Part shown: positions 9,723 through 18,936 of the stretch, one piece after another
How positions within the stretch are numbered: the first letter of the stretch is position 1
How the letters are laid out: each line of letters opens with the position of its first letter
Source: Cyanobacteriota bacterium
Lineage (GTDB): Bacteria > Cyanobacteriota > Cyanobacteriia > PCC-6307 > Cyanobiaceae
Length of the DNA stretch: 64,000 bases
Assembly (NCBI GenBank): GCA_046052125.1
Contig: JBJOMY010000001.1
Span: 384,001-448,000, forward strand
Reading direction: 5' to 3'
The notes under the pieces: model-generated
Told to the model about the DNA's origin: nothing
The model's input: only the letters and a program-made list of their open reading frames with translations
Database searches by the model: none
Position numbers and translations under genes: made by a program

Positions 9723-10582
9723 TGCTGGCTCCCCTCACCCCCGAAATCGCTGTAGTTGCGTCCGTTTTGGGGGCCTGCATCGGCAGCTTTCTCAACGTGG
9801 TGGCTTGGCGGCTGCCCCGTCAGGAATCGGTGGTTCGGCCCCGCAGCCATTGCCCCCGCTGCGGCACCACCCTCAGCTGGCACGACAACATCCCGGTGAT
9901 CAGCTGGCTGCTGCTGCGCGGGCGCTGCAGGCATTGCGGCAGCGGCATCAGTGCCCGCTATCCCGCGGTGGAGCTGCTCTGCTCCGGACTATTTGTTGCC
10001 GCTGCCGCCGCGGCATCCACCGTGGCCGCGCCGGCCTCCAACCTGCCGGGTGCACCGGCCCTGCTGGCGGTGCTCGGCGGCTGGCTGCTGATCACCCTGT
10101 TGCTGCCGATGGTGCTGATCGACCTTGATCAGCTGTGGCTGCCAGAACCGCTATGCCGATGGGGTGTGGTGTTGGGCCTGGTGGTGAGCGCCATCGCGGG
10201 CTTCAGCCAAGCCGATGCGATCGGACGCAGCCTGCTGCTGTGGCATTTGCTGGCGGCGAGCGCCGGCTTGCTGGGGTTTGAAGCCACCAGTGCCGTGGCT
10301 CAGAAACTGCTGGGCAAACCAGCCCTTGGACTCGGGGACGCCAAGCTGGCCGCCCTGCTGGGGGCTTGGCTGGGCCTCACCGGCCTGGGCCTGAGCGTGC
10401 TGCTCTCGGTGTTCGCTGGCGCCCTGTTCGGCCTGATCGGCCTGCTCAGTGGCCGCCTCAAGCGCGGCCAACCCTTCCCCTTCGGACCGTTTCTGGCCGC
10501 GGGGGGCTTGGCGGTGTGGTGCCTCGGCAATGGCTTCTGGCTGCAACGCTTCAGCCAGTGGCTGGGCTGGAGCGCCCTTTAA
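9722..10582 (+). CDS. pilD: Prepilin peptidase (A24)
   Basis: GSFLNVV, SHCPRC...GRCRHC zinc motif, LIDLD, GLGDAKL, PFGPFLA. Confidence 0.95.
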   Translation: MLAPLTPEIAVVASVLGACIGSFLNVVAWRLPRQESVVRPRSHCPRCGTTLSWHDNIPVISWLLLRGRCRHCGSGISARYPAVELLCSGLFVAAAAAASTVAAPASNLPGAPALLAVLGGWLLITLLLPMVLIDLDQLWLPEPLCRWGVVLGLVVSAIAGFSQADAIGRSLLLWHLLAASAGLLGFEATSAVAQKLLGKPALGLGDAKLAALLGAWLGLTGLGLSVLLSVFAGALFGLIGLLSGRLKRGQPFPFGPFLAAGGLAVWCLGNGFWLQRFSQWLGWSAL

Positions 10583-10617
10583 TGGATTGATCTGTAGTTG
10601 CGGACACCGCTGGCTCG

Positions 10618-11493
10618 ATGTCGCTGTTCGACTGGTTCGCCGATCGCCGCAAAACCGCACCCGCGGTGCGCGTGGCCCAGGAGGTCAACGAAGACGACGG
10701 CCTCTGGAGCAAGTGCCCTGAGTGCGGCCTGGTGGTCTACCGCAAAGATCTAGCCGCCAATGCCAGTGTTTGCGGCGGCTGCGGCTACCACCACCGCATC
10801 TTCAGCGATGAGCGGATCCGCCTGATCGCCGACGAGGGCAGCTTCGAAGCGCTCGACGGTGACCTCAGTCCCACCGATCCGCTGGCCTTCAAAGATCGGC
10901 GTAGCTATGCCGATCGCATCCGCGACACCCAGCGCTCCACCGGCCTCAAGGATGGGGTGATCACAGGGCTGTGTCGGGTTGAAGGACTCCCGCTGGCCCT
11001 GGGGGTGATGGACTTCCGCTTCATGGGCGGCTCGATGGGATCGGTGGTGGGCGAAAAGCTGGCCCGCCTAATCGAGGAAGCCACCGCCCGCCGCTACCCC
11101 GTGCTGATCGTGTGCGCCTCCGGCGGGGCGCGCATGCAGGAGGGCATGCTCTCTCTGATGCAGATGGCGAAGATCTCGGGTGCGCTGGAGCGGCACCGTC
11201 AGGCCGAGCTGCTCTACATGCCGCTGCTCACCCACCCCACCACTGGCGGTGTGACCGCCAGCTTCGCCATGCTGGGCGACCTGATCCTGGCGGAGCCCAA
11301 GGCGCTGATCGGCTTCGCCGGCCGCCGCGTGATCGAGCAGACCCTGCGCGAGAAGCTGCCCGACGATTTCCAGACTGCGGAATACCTGCGCGACCACGGC
11401 TTCGTGGACCACATCGTGCCCCGCACCAAGCTGCGCAGCACCCTGGTGAGCCTGCTGAAGATGCACGGCTGCAATACAGCGGTTTCAGCGTGA
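10618..11493 (+). CDS. accD: Acetyl-CoA carboxylase carboxyltransferase beta subunit
   Basis: LWSKCPEC...CGGCG zinc finger, [33 protein letters not shown]. Confidence 0.98.
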   Translation: MSLFDWFADRRKTAPAVRVAQEVNEDDGLWSKCPECGLVVYRKDLAANASVCGGCGYHHRIFSDERIRLIADEGSFEALDGDLSPTDPLAFKDRRSYADRIRDTQRSTGLKDGVITGLCRVEGLPLALGVMDFRFMGGSMGSVVGEKLARLIEEATARRYPVLIVCASGGARMQEGMLSLMQMAKISGALERHRQAELLYMPLLTHPTTGGVTASFAMLGDLILAEPKALIGFAGRRVIEQTLREKLPDDFQTAEYLRDHGFVDHIVPRTKLRSTLVSLLKMHGCNTAVSA

Positions 11494-11927
11494 AAAGGCT
11501 GACCGCCGTGGTGAGCGGATCGCTGGCTGCCCTACTGGGCCTGCTGCTCGCTCTGATGCCGCTCGCTCCAGCCTGGGCAGGACCGGTGGACTGGCATGAG
11601 GTGCCCGCCACCGAGGACGGCCGCCAGTGGTGGGATGCCGGCAGCCTGCGGGTTAACCGCGACGGCAACCTCACGGTGTTGAGCCGTTTCCAGCCCGCCC
11701 CGCCCAGCGATCAACCTCTCAACCCCGACGGCAGTGAACGCCGCCCTCCAGCCAGCGATCTCTACGTGATGGAGATCGACTGCGGGCAGCAGCTCTTCCG
11801 CGACACCTCGATCAACGGGATTCCGCAGTGGGGCAGCAGCTGGCAGGCCGCCGGCAGTGACGGACTGATCGCCACCACCCTTGAGGCGGCCTGTGAAGCC
11901 GGAGCCCCCCTACTGGCAGGCTTCTGA
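11490..11927 (+). CDS. Exported/lumenal hypothetical protein
   Basis: GTG at 11490 overlaps the accD stop (GTGA); signal peptide ending AWA; W-x-E-V-P...QWWD and EIDC motifs. Confidence 0.7.
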   Translation: MKRLTAVVSGSLAALLGLLLALMPLAPAWAGPVDWHEVPATEDGRQWWDAGSLRVNRDGNLTVLSRFQPAPPSDQPLNPDGSERRPPASDLYVMEIDCGQQLFRDTSINGIPQWGSSWQAAGSDGLIATTLEAACEAGAPLLAGF

Positions 11928-11944
11928 GGCTTGATCCGGCGCCA

Positions 11945-13054
11945 GTGACCGCTCCTTCCTCATCGCAGCGTCCCCTCGGGGTGGCCCTTGTGGGTCTCGG
12001 TTTCGGCGAGAAGGTGCACCTGCCGGCTCTCCGCGACTGCCAGCTCACCGAACCGGTTGCCCTCTGGCATCACCGCCCTGAGCGACTCGAGCAGGCCTGC
12101 GCCAGCAGTGGACTACCGGGCTTCTCCAGTTACGAAGCGCTGCTGGCCGATCCACGCGTGGATGCCCTGGTGATCGCCACGCCGCCGGAGCCGCGTTTTG
12201 CCCTGGCCCAGGCCGCCATTGCCGCCGGCAAGCACTTGCTGCTGGAGAAACCCGTTGCGCTGGAGGCCCCCCAGATCGAGGAGCTGCAGCGTCAGGCCCT
12301 GAGCGCCGGCGTCAGCGTGGCGGTGGACTTTGAATATCGGGCTGTGCCGGCGTTTATGCAACTGGCGGCGCTGCTGGAGCAGAACGCCATCGGCACCCCA
12401 TGGCTGGTGAAGCTCGACTGGCTGATGGGCAGCCGCGCTGATGCCAGCCGCCCCTGGAATTGGTATTCCCAGAGGGCAGCGGGTGGAGGCGTGCTGGGCT
12501 CGCTCGGCACCCATGCCTTCGACACGCTGCATTGGCTGCTGGGGCCGGCGCGCCAAGTGAGCTGCTCGCGCAGCATGGCCATCCCCCATCGCCCCCTGGC
12601 CGATGGCAGCGGCCGGCTGGCGGCGGTGGATGCCGAAGACATTGCCCTGCTGCACCTGGAGCTGGAAACGGCTCAGGGCCTGCCGCTACCAGCCCAGGTG
12701 AGTCTGGCCTCCGTGACCCGGCCGGGCCGGGGCTACTGGATCGAGGTGTACGGCAGTGAGGGCACATTGGTGCTGGGATCCAGCAACCAGAGCGATTACG
12801 TGCATGGCTTCCAGCTGTGGCACTCCCAGCAGGGTGGGCCTCTGGAGGAGCTGGCTCCGGATGCCGACCTGGCCTTCGCGCATACCTGGCCCGACGGCCG
12901 TGTGGCTCCGGTGCGGCGGCTGATCGAGTGGTGGGCCCAGGCTTCGCTGGAGGGCCGGCCGATGCGCCCCGGACTGTCGGAAGCTGTGCACAGCCAGTTG
13001 ATCTGCGATCGGGCTCTGCAGGCGGCCGACAGCGGAGTGCGCCAGCCGATTTAG
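11945..13054 (+). CDS. Gfo/Idh/MocA family oxidoreductase
   Basis: GLGFG Rossmann loop, IATPP, HLLLEKP, GGGVLGSLGTHAFD. Confidence 0.9.
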   Translation: MTAPSSSQRPLGVALVGLGFGEKVHLPALRDCQLTEPVALWHHRPERLEQACASSGLPGFSSYEALLADPRVDALVIATPPEPRFALAQAAIAAGKHLLLEKPVALEAPQIEELQRQALSAGVSVAVDFEYRAVPAFMQLAALLEQNAIGTPWLVKLDWLMGSRADASRPWNWYSQRAAGGGVLGSLGTHAFDTLHWLLGPARQVSCSRSMAIPHRPLADGSGRLAAVDAEDIALLHLELETAQGLPLPAQVSLASVTRPGRGYWIEVYGSEGTLVLGSSNQSDYVHGFQLWHSQQGGPLEELAPDADLAFAHTWPDGRVAPVRRLIEWWAQASLEGRPMRPGLSEAVHSQLICDRALQAADSGVRQPI

Positions 13055-13105
13055 GCGAAAAAGGGGCCAGTTAGGATCGCCGGCATTCACACTCCCGGTG
13101 TTCTC

Positions 13106-14179
13106 ATGGCGCTCGTCCCGCTTCGGTTGCTGCTCGACCATGCCGCTGAAAACGGCTATGGCATCCCTGCCTTCAACGTGAACAACCTGGAGCAGGTGCA
13201 GTCGATCATGGAGGCGGCCTATGAGACCGACTCTCCGGTGATCCTGCAGGCCTCCCGCGGTGCCCGTCAGTACGCCGGTGAGAACTTCCTCCGCCACCTG
13301 ATCCTGGCCGCCGTTGAGACCTATCCGGACATCCCGGTGGTGATGCACCAGGACCACGGCAACAGCCCCGCCACCTGCTTCGGTGCCGCCGCCAACGGCT
13401 TCACCTCGGTGATGATGGACGGCTCCCTGATGGCCGACGCCAAGACCCCCGCCAGCTACGAGTACAACGTGGCTGTCACCAAGGAAGTGGTTGACGTGGC
13501 CCACGCCATCGGCGTGAGCGTGGAAGGTGAGCTGGGCTGCCTGGGCTCCTTGGAGACCGGCATGGGCGAGGCCGAGGACGGCCACGGTTTCGAGGGCAAG
13601 CTCGACCACAGCCAGCTGCTGACCGACCCCGCCGAGGCCGCTGACTTCGTGGCCAAGACCAAGGTGGATGCCCTGGCGATCGCCATCGGCACCAGCCACG
13701 GCGCCTACAAGTTCACCCGCAAGCCCACCGGTGAAGTGTTGGCCATCAGCCGCATCGCCGAGATCCACAAGGCCATCCCCAACACCCACCTGGTGATGCA
13801 CGGCTCCTCCTCCGTGCCCCAGGAGTGGCTGGACATGATCAACAAGTACGGCGGTGCCATCCCCGAGACCTACGGCGTGCCCGTGGAAGAAATCCAGGAA
13901 GGCATCCGCAACGGCGTGCGCAAGGTGAACATCGACACCGATAACCGCCTCGCCTTCACCGCCGCTGTGCGTGAAGCCGCCGCCAAGGATCCCGCCAACT
14001 TCGATCCCCGCCACTTCAACAAGCCTGCCCGGGCTTACATGAAGCAGGTGTGCCTGGATCGTTACCAGCAGTTCTGGTGCGCCGGCAACGCCAGCAAGAT
14101 CAAGCAGCGCGACATCAACTACTACGCCGGTCTGTACGCCAAGGGCGAACTCGACCCCAAGACCGCCGTTGCCGCCTGA
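13106..14179 (+). CDS. fbaA: Class II fructose-bisphosphate aldolase (Calvin-cycle subtype)
   Basis: [50 protein letters not shown]. Confidence 0.98.
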   Translation: MALVPLRLLLDHAAENGYGIPAFNVNNLEQVQSIMEAAYETDSPVILQASRGARQYAGENFLRHLILAAVETYPDIPVVMHQDHGNSPATCFGAAANGFTSVMMDGSLMADAKTPASYEYNVAVTKEVVDVAHAIGVSVEGELGCLGSLETGMGEAEDGHGFEGKLDHSQLLTDPAEAADFVAKTKVDALAIAIGTSHGAYKFTRKPTGEVLAISRIAEIHKAIPNTHLVMHGSSSVPQEWLDMINKYGGAIPETYGVPVEEIQEGIRNGVRKVNIDTDNRLAFTAAVREAAAKDPANFDPRHFNKPARAYMKQVCLDRYQQFWCAGNASKIKQRDINYYAGLYAKGELDPKTAVAA

Positions 14180-14225
14180 TCAACGCGATCCCTGATCGGA
14201 GCGTCCCGATCTGATCCACATTCAT

Positions 14226-14251
14226 ACGGGGGCTTAAGCCCCCGTTTTTTT
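14226..14251 (+). terminator. Intrinsic terminator after fba
   Basis: Perfect palindrome ACGGGGGCTTAAGCCCCCGT followed by a T-run, between convergent genes. Confidence 0.88.
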
Positions 14252-14277
14252 ATGGAACCTCTTGCTACGGCCCCCGC

Positions 14278-17121
14278 TCAGGGAGCAGGCGCTGTCGGGT
14301 CTGGCACGGTGAGGGCCTTAACCGGCTGAACGCTGGTGAGCCGAGCCAGTGCATCCTGCAGGTTGCGCTCCATCACGAAGCGGGTGCCGTCGGTGACCAC
14401 CACGCGCACCAGGGTGGGCAGATCGGTGTTCTTGCTCTGCAGATAGATCGGCTCCACATAGAGCAGACCCTTGCCCACCGGCAGCACCAGCAGGTTGCCG
14501 TGGATCAACCTCGAGCCCTCGCGGTTCCACAGGCCGAACTGATAGCTGATGGCCGGGTCCTGCTCGATCAGGGCCGACACCTGTTGGGGGCCCAGCAGCA
14601 AGCGCTGCTGGGGGAAGCGCACCAAGCGCAGCTCGCCGTAGTGGGGAGGGTCGTTGCGCGCCGCCAGCCAACCCACCATGTTGGGCCGCTTCAGAGGCGA
14701 GAACGGCAGCAGCAGCACAAACTCGGGCTTTGTTTCTCCAGGCAGCTGAACCGTCACGTGATACGGCCGAACAGGGGTGTTGGCGCTGCCATAGATCTCT
14801 AGCGGCACCGACCACACGTCATCACCGTTGTAGAAGGTGCGCACGTCGGTGACGTGGTAGCGAAGCAGCCGCTCCGCCTGGATCTGGAACTGGCTCTTGG
14901 GCACCTGAATGTGCGCCAGCAGCGGTTTGGGCATATCCGACAGCGGGCGGAACAGCTCAGGGAAGGCGCGTTTCCAGGTGCGCAGCACTGGATCGCTCGG
15001 GTCGCTCACGTAGAACCACACCCGCCCGTGATAGGCGTCCACCACCGCCTTCACCGGGTTGCGGAAGTAGCGCAAGCCCGCAGGATTGGCGTCGGAATAG
15101 GGGTAGCTGCGGCTCTCGGTGAAGCCATCGAGCATCCAGTACTGATGCTGATTGGGGTCATAGCCCTTGCCGCCGCTCACCTGAGCGGTGACCAGATAAG
15201 GCTGACTTTCAAAGCGCAGGAAGGGGGTCAAGGCGGCAAGACGCTGTTGCACCTGCCTGCGCAGCAGGAGGCGTGAGTCCGGGGTCAACGAACCGGTGAA
15301 CAGCAATCGTGGCTCCGGCAGATAGAGCGCTGCCATCAGGCGGTCAAACGCCCCATGGATGGGCACACCACCAGCGCCGTCGTAGTGGGAATAAACGTTG
15401 AGATCGCCCTCGGGAAAATCGAACTCGCGCACCTGAGAGGGCGCGATCACGTAATGGGATGGGGCGGAGGCGAAATACAGGCGTGGCCGACCCACTGGCA
15501 GGGCCCGCTGCACGTCTTCAGCGTTCAGGCCCAGCTGTTCGATGCCCTGCACCTTGCCGCTGCGGCCCAGGTCCTTCACGAAATACAGGGGTAGACCATC
15601 GGGTCCGAAGGCGTTCACCGTGGAAACGGTGAAGCCGTAGCCGTGGGTGAACACGAGGTGGCGGTTCAGCCAGGTGCGTGAATCACTGGGAAGTGCAGCG
15701 GTATCAAGCTCACGGGCTGCGATCAGCACCTGCTGGGAACCCTGCCGGGCTGAATGACCACTCAGGGGATAACGATCCACCGCCGCTGAGGGGAAGCGGT
15801 AGTAGAGCCGCAGCTGCTGCAGCTGACGGTTGGCTTCCAGCAGCGGCTTGCTGTCCCAGAGGCGGATATTGGCCAAGGTGCCAGGCGCTGCGGCGAGATC
15901 AGCGGCCGTGAGTCGTTGGCGGGGCTCCAGGGCCGTTTGTTTCACCGCCTCCAGGCCAAAGGCCCGGCGGGTGGCATCAATCGAGCGGCGCAGATAGGGC
16001 GTTTCCAGCGCCAGCTCCCGCGGCTGCACCCAGATGCGCTGCACCAGCGGCGCCACAATCCACTCCACAAGCGGCAGCGCAAGCGCCGTCACCGCCAAGG
16101 GGATGAGCGCGCCGCGGCGCAGCCAGTTGCGCGGCAGGGGCACAAGCAAGCCAAGGCCGGCGAGCAACAGCAGCACAGCCAGCAACAAGCGCAGCGGCAG
16201 CCGCACGTGCAGATCCACAAAACCCGCGCCAGCAGCCACGCCGCTACCGCTCACCATCAGATCGAAGGGAGCCAGGGCATTGCTGAGGGAGGCCATCAGC
16301 GCCAGCACCGCCACCTGCGGCTGAAGCACCCGCTGCTGCTCGCGGCTAAGCCCGGGAAAACGGAGATCGCTGAGGCTGCTGCCCTCGCTAAAGGTGAGCC
16401 AAAGACACCCCGCCAACCCCACGATCGCCTGAGCGAGCACAACGCTCACCAGTAGATGAAGCGCTGGCAACCGCAACACCGTGAAGCTGAGATCGAAACC
16501 CGTCAGCGGATCAGCCTCGTTGAAGGGCACCGCCAGCAAGGCCGGCAACCAGAGGCTCCAGCCGCGGGCCACCGCCGTGGCCGAGCCCGCCAGGGCGGCG
16601 GCCAGGGTGATGCGCAGAGTGGTGAAGGGCCAGAGCAGCAGCAGAGGAAGCAGTGCGGCCGCCAGACCGATAAACACAAAGGGCGGCAGGTCCGCCAGCA
16701 CAGGAATACCCGTAATCACCTTGCCGCTGAACGGTGCGGCGATCAGGTCACGGGCCTGCACCATCAGATAGGTGAAGCCACCGGCGAGCAGCAGCAGCAG
16801 CGCCCCGAGCACCACCACTAACCAGCGCGAGCCGAGAGCAATCAGCGGGGCAGCGGGAAGGATTTTCCGAGCAGCCTCCTGGCGCAGGCGCCAGCAACGC
16901 TTGAGCTGCTGAAGCTGCAGGGGGACCCCCAGGCCCAGCACCACCCCAAAACCAAGCAACTGCAGCAACCAGCGCCGCAGGATCACAGGGGCGCTAGCAA
17001 ATTCCGCAAACCACTGCCCCTCCACCAGCAAGCGGGGCAATAGCACCAGGGCCCCCAGGCCAAGAGCCGTGAGCCCCAGCCAGCGCAGGGGCCGGGTGAG
17101 GCGATCAGCGGGTGCCTGCAA
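14278..17121 (-). CDS. UPF0182 family membrane protein
   Basis: Multi-TM N-terminus, NIRLWD, DRYP, ARELD, HLVFTHGYG, YFRNPVKAVVDAY, GNLLVLP, LYVEPIY. Confidence 0.93.
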   Translation of the reverse strand: MQAPADRLTRPLRWLGLTALGLGALVLLPRLLVEGQWFAEFASAPVILRRWLLQLLGFGVVLGLGVPLQLQQLKRCWRLRQEAARKILPAAPLIALGSRWLVVVLGALLLLLAGGFTYLMVQARDLIAAPFSGKVITGIPVLADLPPFVFIGLAAALLPLLLLWPFTTLRITLAAALAGSATAVARGWSLWLPALLAVPFNEADPLTGFDLSFTVLRLPALHLLVSVVLAQAIVGLAGCLWLTFSEGSSLSDLRFPGLSREQQRVLQPQVAVLALMASLSNALAPFDLMVSGSGVAAGAGFVDLHVRLPLRLLLAVLLLLAGLGLLVPLPRNWLRRGALIPLAVTALALPLVEWIVAPLVQRIWVQPRELALETPYLRRSIDATRRAFGLEAVKQTALEPRQRLTAADLAAAPGTLANIRLWDSKPLLEANRQLQQLRLYYRFPSAAVDRYPLSGHSARQGSQQVLIAARELDTAALPSDSRTWLNRHLVFTHGYGFTVSTVNAFGPDGLPLYFVKDLGRSGKVQGIEQLGLNAEDVQRALPVGRPRLYFASAPSHYVIAPSQVREFDFPEGDLNVYSHYDGAGGVPIHGAFDRLMAALYLPEPRLLFTGSLTPDSRLLLRRQVQQRLAALTPFLRFESQPYLVTAQVSGGKGYDPNQHQYWMLDGFTESRSYPYSDANPAGLRYFRNPVKAVVDAYHGRVWFYVSDPSDPVLRTWKRAFPELFRPLSDMPKPLLAHIQVPKSQFQIQAERLLRYHVTDVRTFYNGDDVWSVPLEIYGSANTPVRPYHVTVQLPGETKPEFVLLLPFSPLKRPNMVGWLAARNDPPHYGELRLVRFPQQRLLLGPQQVSALIEQDPAISYQFGLWNREGSRLIHGNLLVLPVGKGLLYVEPIYLQSKNTDLPTLVRVVVTDGTRFVMERNLQDALARLTSVQPVKALTVPDPTAPAP

Positions 17122-17200
17122 GGGATGTCCGACGATGTCAGGAGGCTAGACAGCAGGGGAGGTAGGTCAAGCCCCAACAGGGCTACCGCAACAGCCTCTG

Positions 17201-17227
17201 AATACCCGACCTCTTGGATCGGGTATT
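17201..17227. promoter_or_regulatory. Palindromic operator resembling an IscR/Rrf2-family site
   Basis: AATACCCGA-N9-TCGGGTATT perfect inverted repeat in the divergent intergenic region; arms fit the IscR type-1 consensus ATASYYGAC...GTCRRSTAT at the same 25-bp length. Confidence 0.6.
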
Positions 17228-17282
17228 AATTGGAAGTCAGTGCGGCGTTGCTAAGTTCCACACACCTGATCCAGGTGTGATC

Positions 17283-18554
17283 GTGACGGCGACCCTTTCC
17301 CTCTCCACTGCTGGCCCCACCTTCACGGGCCTGAAGTGCAAGGAATGCGGCCAGCCCTACGAGGCCGGCGCCCGTCACGTCTGCGAAGACGTGTGCTTCG
17401 GCCCCCTGGAAGTGGTCTACGACTACGAGGCGATCAAGAGCCGCGTCAGCCGCGCCACGATCGAAGCCGGCCCCGCCTCGATCTGGCGCTACCGCGAATT
17501 CCTGCCGATCGCCGGCGATCCGATTGATGTGGGCACAGGCTTCACCCCGTTGCTTAAGGCCAACAACCTGGCCAAGCGTCTGGGCCTGAAGAGCCTCTAC
17601 ATCAAAAACGACGGCGTGAACATGCCGACGCTCTCCTTCAAGGACCGCGTGGTGAGCGTGGCTCTCACCCGCGCCCGCGAGCTGGGTTTCAAGACGGTGA
17701 GCTGCGCCTCCACCGGCAACCTGGCCAACTCCACAGCCGCGATCGCCGCCCACGCCGGCCTGGATTGTTGTGTGTTCATCCCCAGCGATCTGGAGCTGGG
17801 CAAGGTGCTCGGCACCCTCATCTACAACCCCACCCTGATGGCGGTGAAGGGCAACTACGACCAGGTGAACCGCCTGTGCTCGGAGGTGGCCAACACCTAC
17901 GGCTGGGGCTTCGTGAACATCAACCTGCGCCCCTACTACTCCGAAGGCTCCAAGACCCTCGGCTACGAGGTGATCGAACAACTGGGCTGGGAACTGCCCG
18001 ACCACATCGTGGCGCCCCTGGCCTCCGGCTCCCTATTCACCAAGATCCGCAAGGGCTTTGATGAATTCATCAAGTGTGGCCTGGTGGACGAGAAGGCCGT
18101 GCGCTTCAGCGGCGCCCAAGCCGAAGGCTGCAATCCCATCGCCACCGCCTTTCGTGAGGGCCGTGACTTCATCACCCCGGTGAAGCCCAACACCATTGCC
18201 AAGTCGATCGCCATCGGTAACCCCGCTGACGGCCCCTACGCCATTGACATCGCCAATCGCACCGGCGGCAGCATCGCTGATGTAACCGATGCCGAAATCA
18301 TCGACGGCATCAAACTCCTGGCTGAAACCGAGGGCGTGTTCACCGAAACCGCCGGTGGCACCACCATTGCGGTGCTTAAAAAGCTGGTGGAGCAGGGAAA
18401 GATCAACCCTGAGGAGCGCACCGTGGCCTACATCACAGGCAACGGCCTCAAGACCACCGAAGCCGTGGTCGATCACATCGGCAAGCCCTACACGATCGAA
18501 GCGCAGCTCGACAGTTTCAACGCGGCCTGGCAGCAAGCTCAGGCTGGCCACTGA
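17283..18554 (+). CDS. thrC: Threonine synthase-family PLP enzyme with N-terminal zinc ribbon (possibly sulfur-carrier dependent)
   Basis: CKECG...CEDVCFGP, PTLSFKDR (PLP lysine), CASTGN, NLRPYYSEGSKT, TGNGLK. Start at GTG 17283 or 17277 is more likely than the track's TTG 17214. Confidence 0.85.
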   Translation: MTATLSLSTAGPTFTGLKCKECGQPYEAGARHVCEDVCFGPLEVVYDYEAIKSRVSRATIEAGPASIWRYREFLPIAGDPIDVGTGFTPLLKANNLAKRLGLKSLYIKNDGVNMPTLSFKDRVVSVALTRARELGFKTVSCASTGNLANSTAAIAAHAGLDCCVFIPSDLELGKVLGTLIYNPTLMAVKGNYDQVNRLCSEVANTYGWGFVNINLRPYYSEGSKTLGYEVIEQLGWELPDHIVAPLASGSLFTKIRKGFDEFIKCGLVDEKAVRFSGAQAEGCNPIATAFREGRDFITPVKPNTIAKSIAIGNPADGPYAIDIANRTGGSIADVTDAEIIDGIKLLAETEGVFTETAGGTTIAVLKKLVEQGKINPEERTVAYITGNGLKTTEAVVDHIGKPYTIEAQLDSFNAAWQQAQAGH

Positions 18555-18608
18555 GCACCGGCTCTCCGGCACCCTTTTTCCCAACCGTCGCTCAACCCAT
18601 CACGATCC

Positions 18609-18884
18609 ATGCCCGTTCAGGTTCTGATCCCCACCCCCCTGCAGAAGTTCACCAACGATGAGGCCAGCGTTGAGCTGGATGCCAGCAGCGTGGATGCCCT
18701 GATCGATGCCCTGGATGGTCGCTATCCGGGTCTGAAGGGTCGTCTGTGTGATGAGGCCGGCAAGCTGCGTCGCTTCCTCAACGTGTACGTGAACAGCGAG
18801 GACATCCGCTTCCTCGAGAACCAGGCCACCGCCCTCAAGGATGGCGATGAGGTGAGCATTGTTCCCGCCGTTGCAGGCGGCTGA
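18609..18884 (+). CDS. MoaD/ThiS/CysO-family ubiquitin-like sulfur carrier
   Basis: 91 aa, V-x-[18 protein letters not shown], ends IVPAVAGG. Confidence 0.93.
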   Translation: MPVQVLIPTPLQKFTNDEASVELDASSVDALIDALDGRYPGLKGRLCDEAGKLRRFLNVYVNSEDIRFLENQATALKDGDEVSIVPAVAGG

Positions 18885-18936
18885 ATTCATAGGCTGAACT
18901 GACCGCCCCGATCCGCCTGCCGGCAGGAGTGGCTCG

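Noticed and set aside
18609..18884. Carrier protein as molybdopterin MoaD or a ubiquitin-like anti-phage system component
   Set aside because: No moa/moe genes and no E1/E2/JAB genes nearby; the PLP-enzyme neighbour fits a sulfur-carrier role better.
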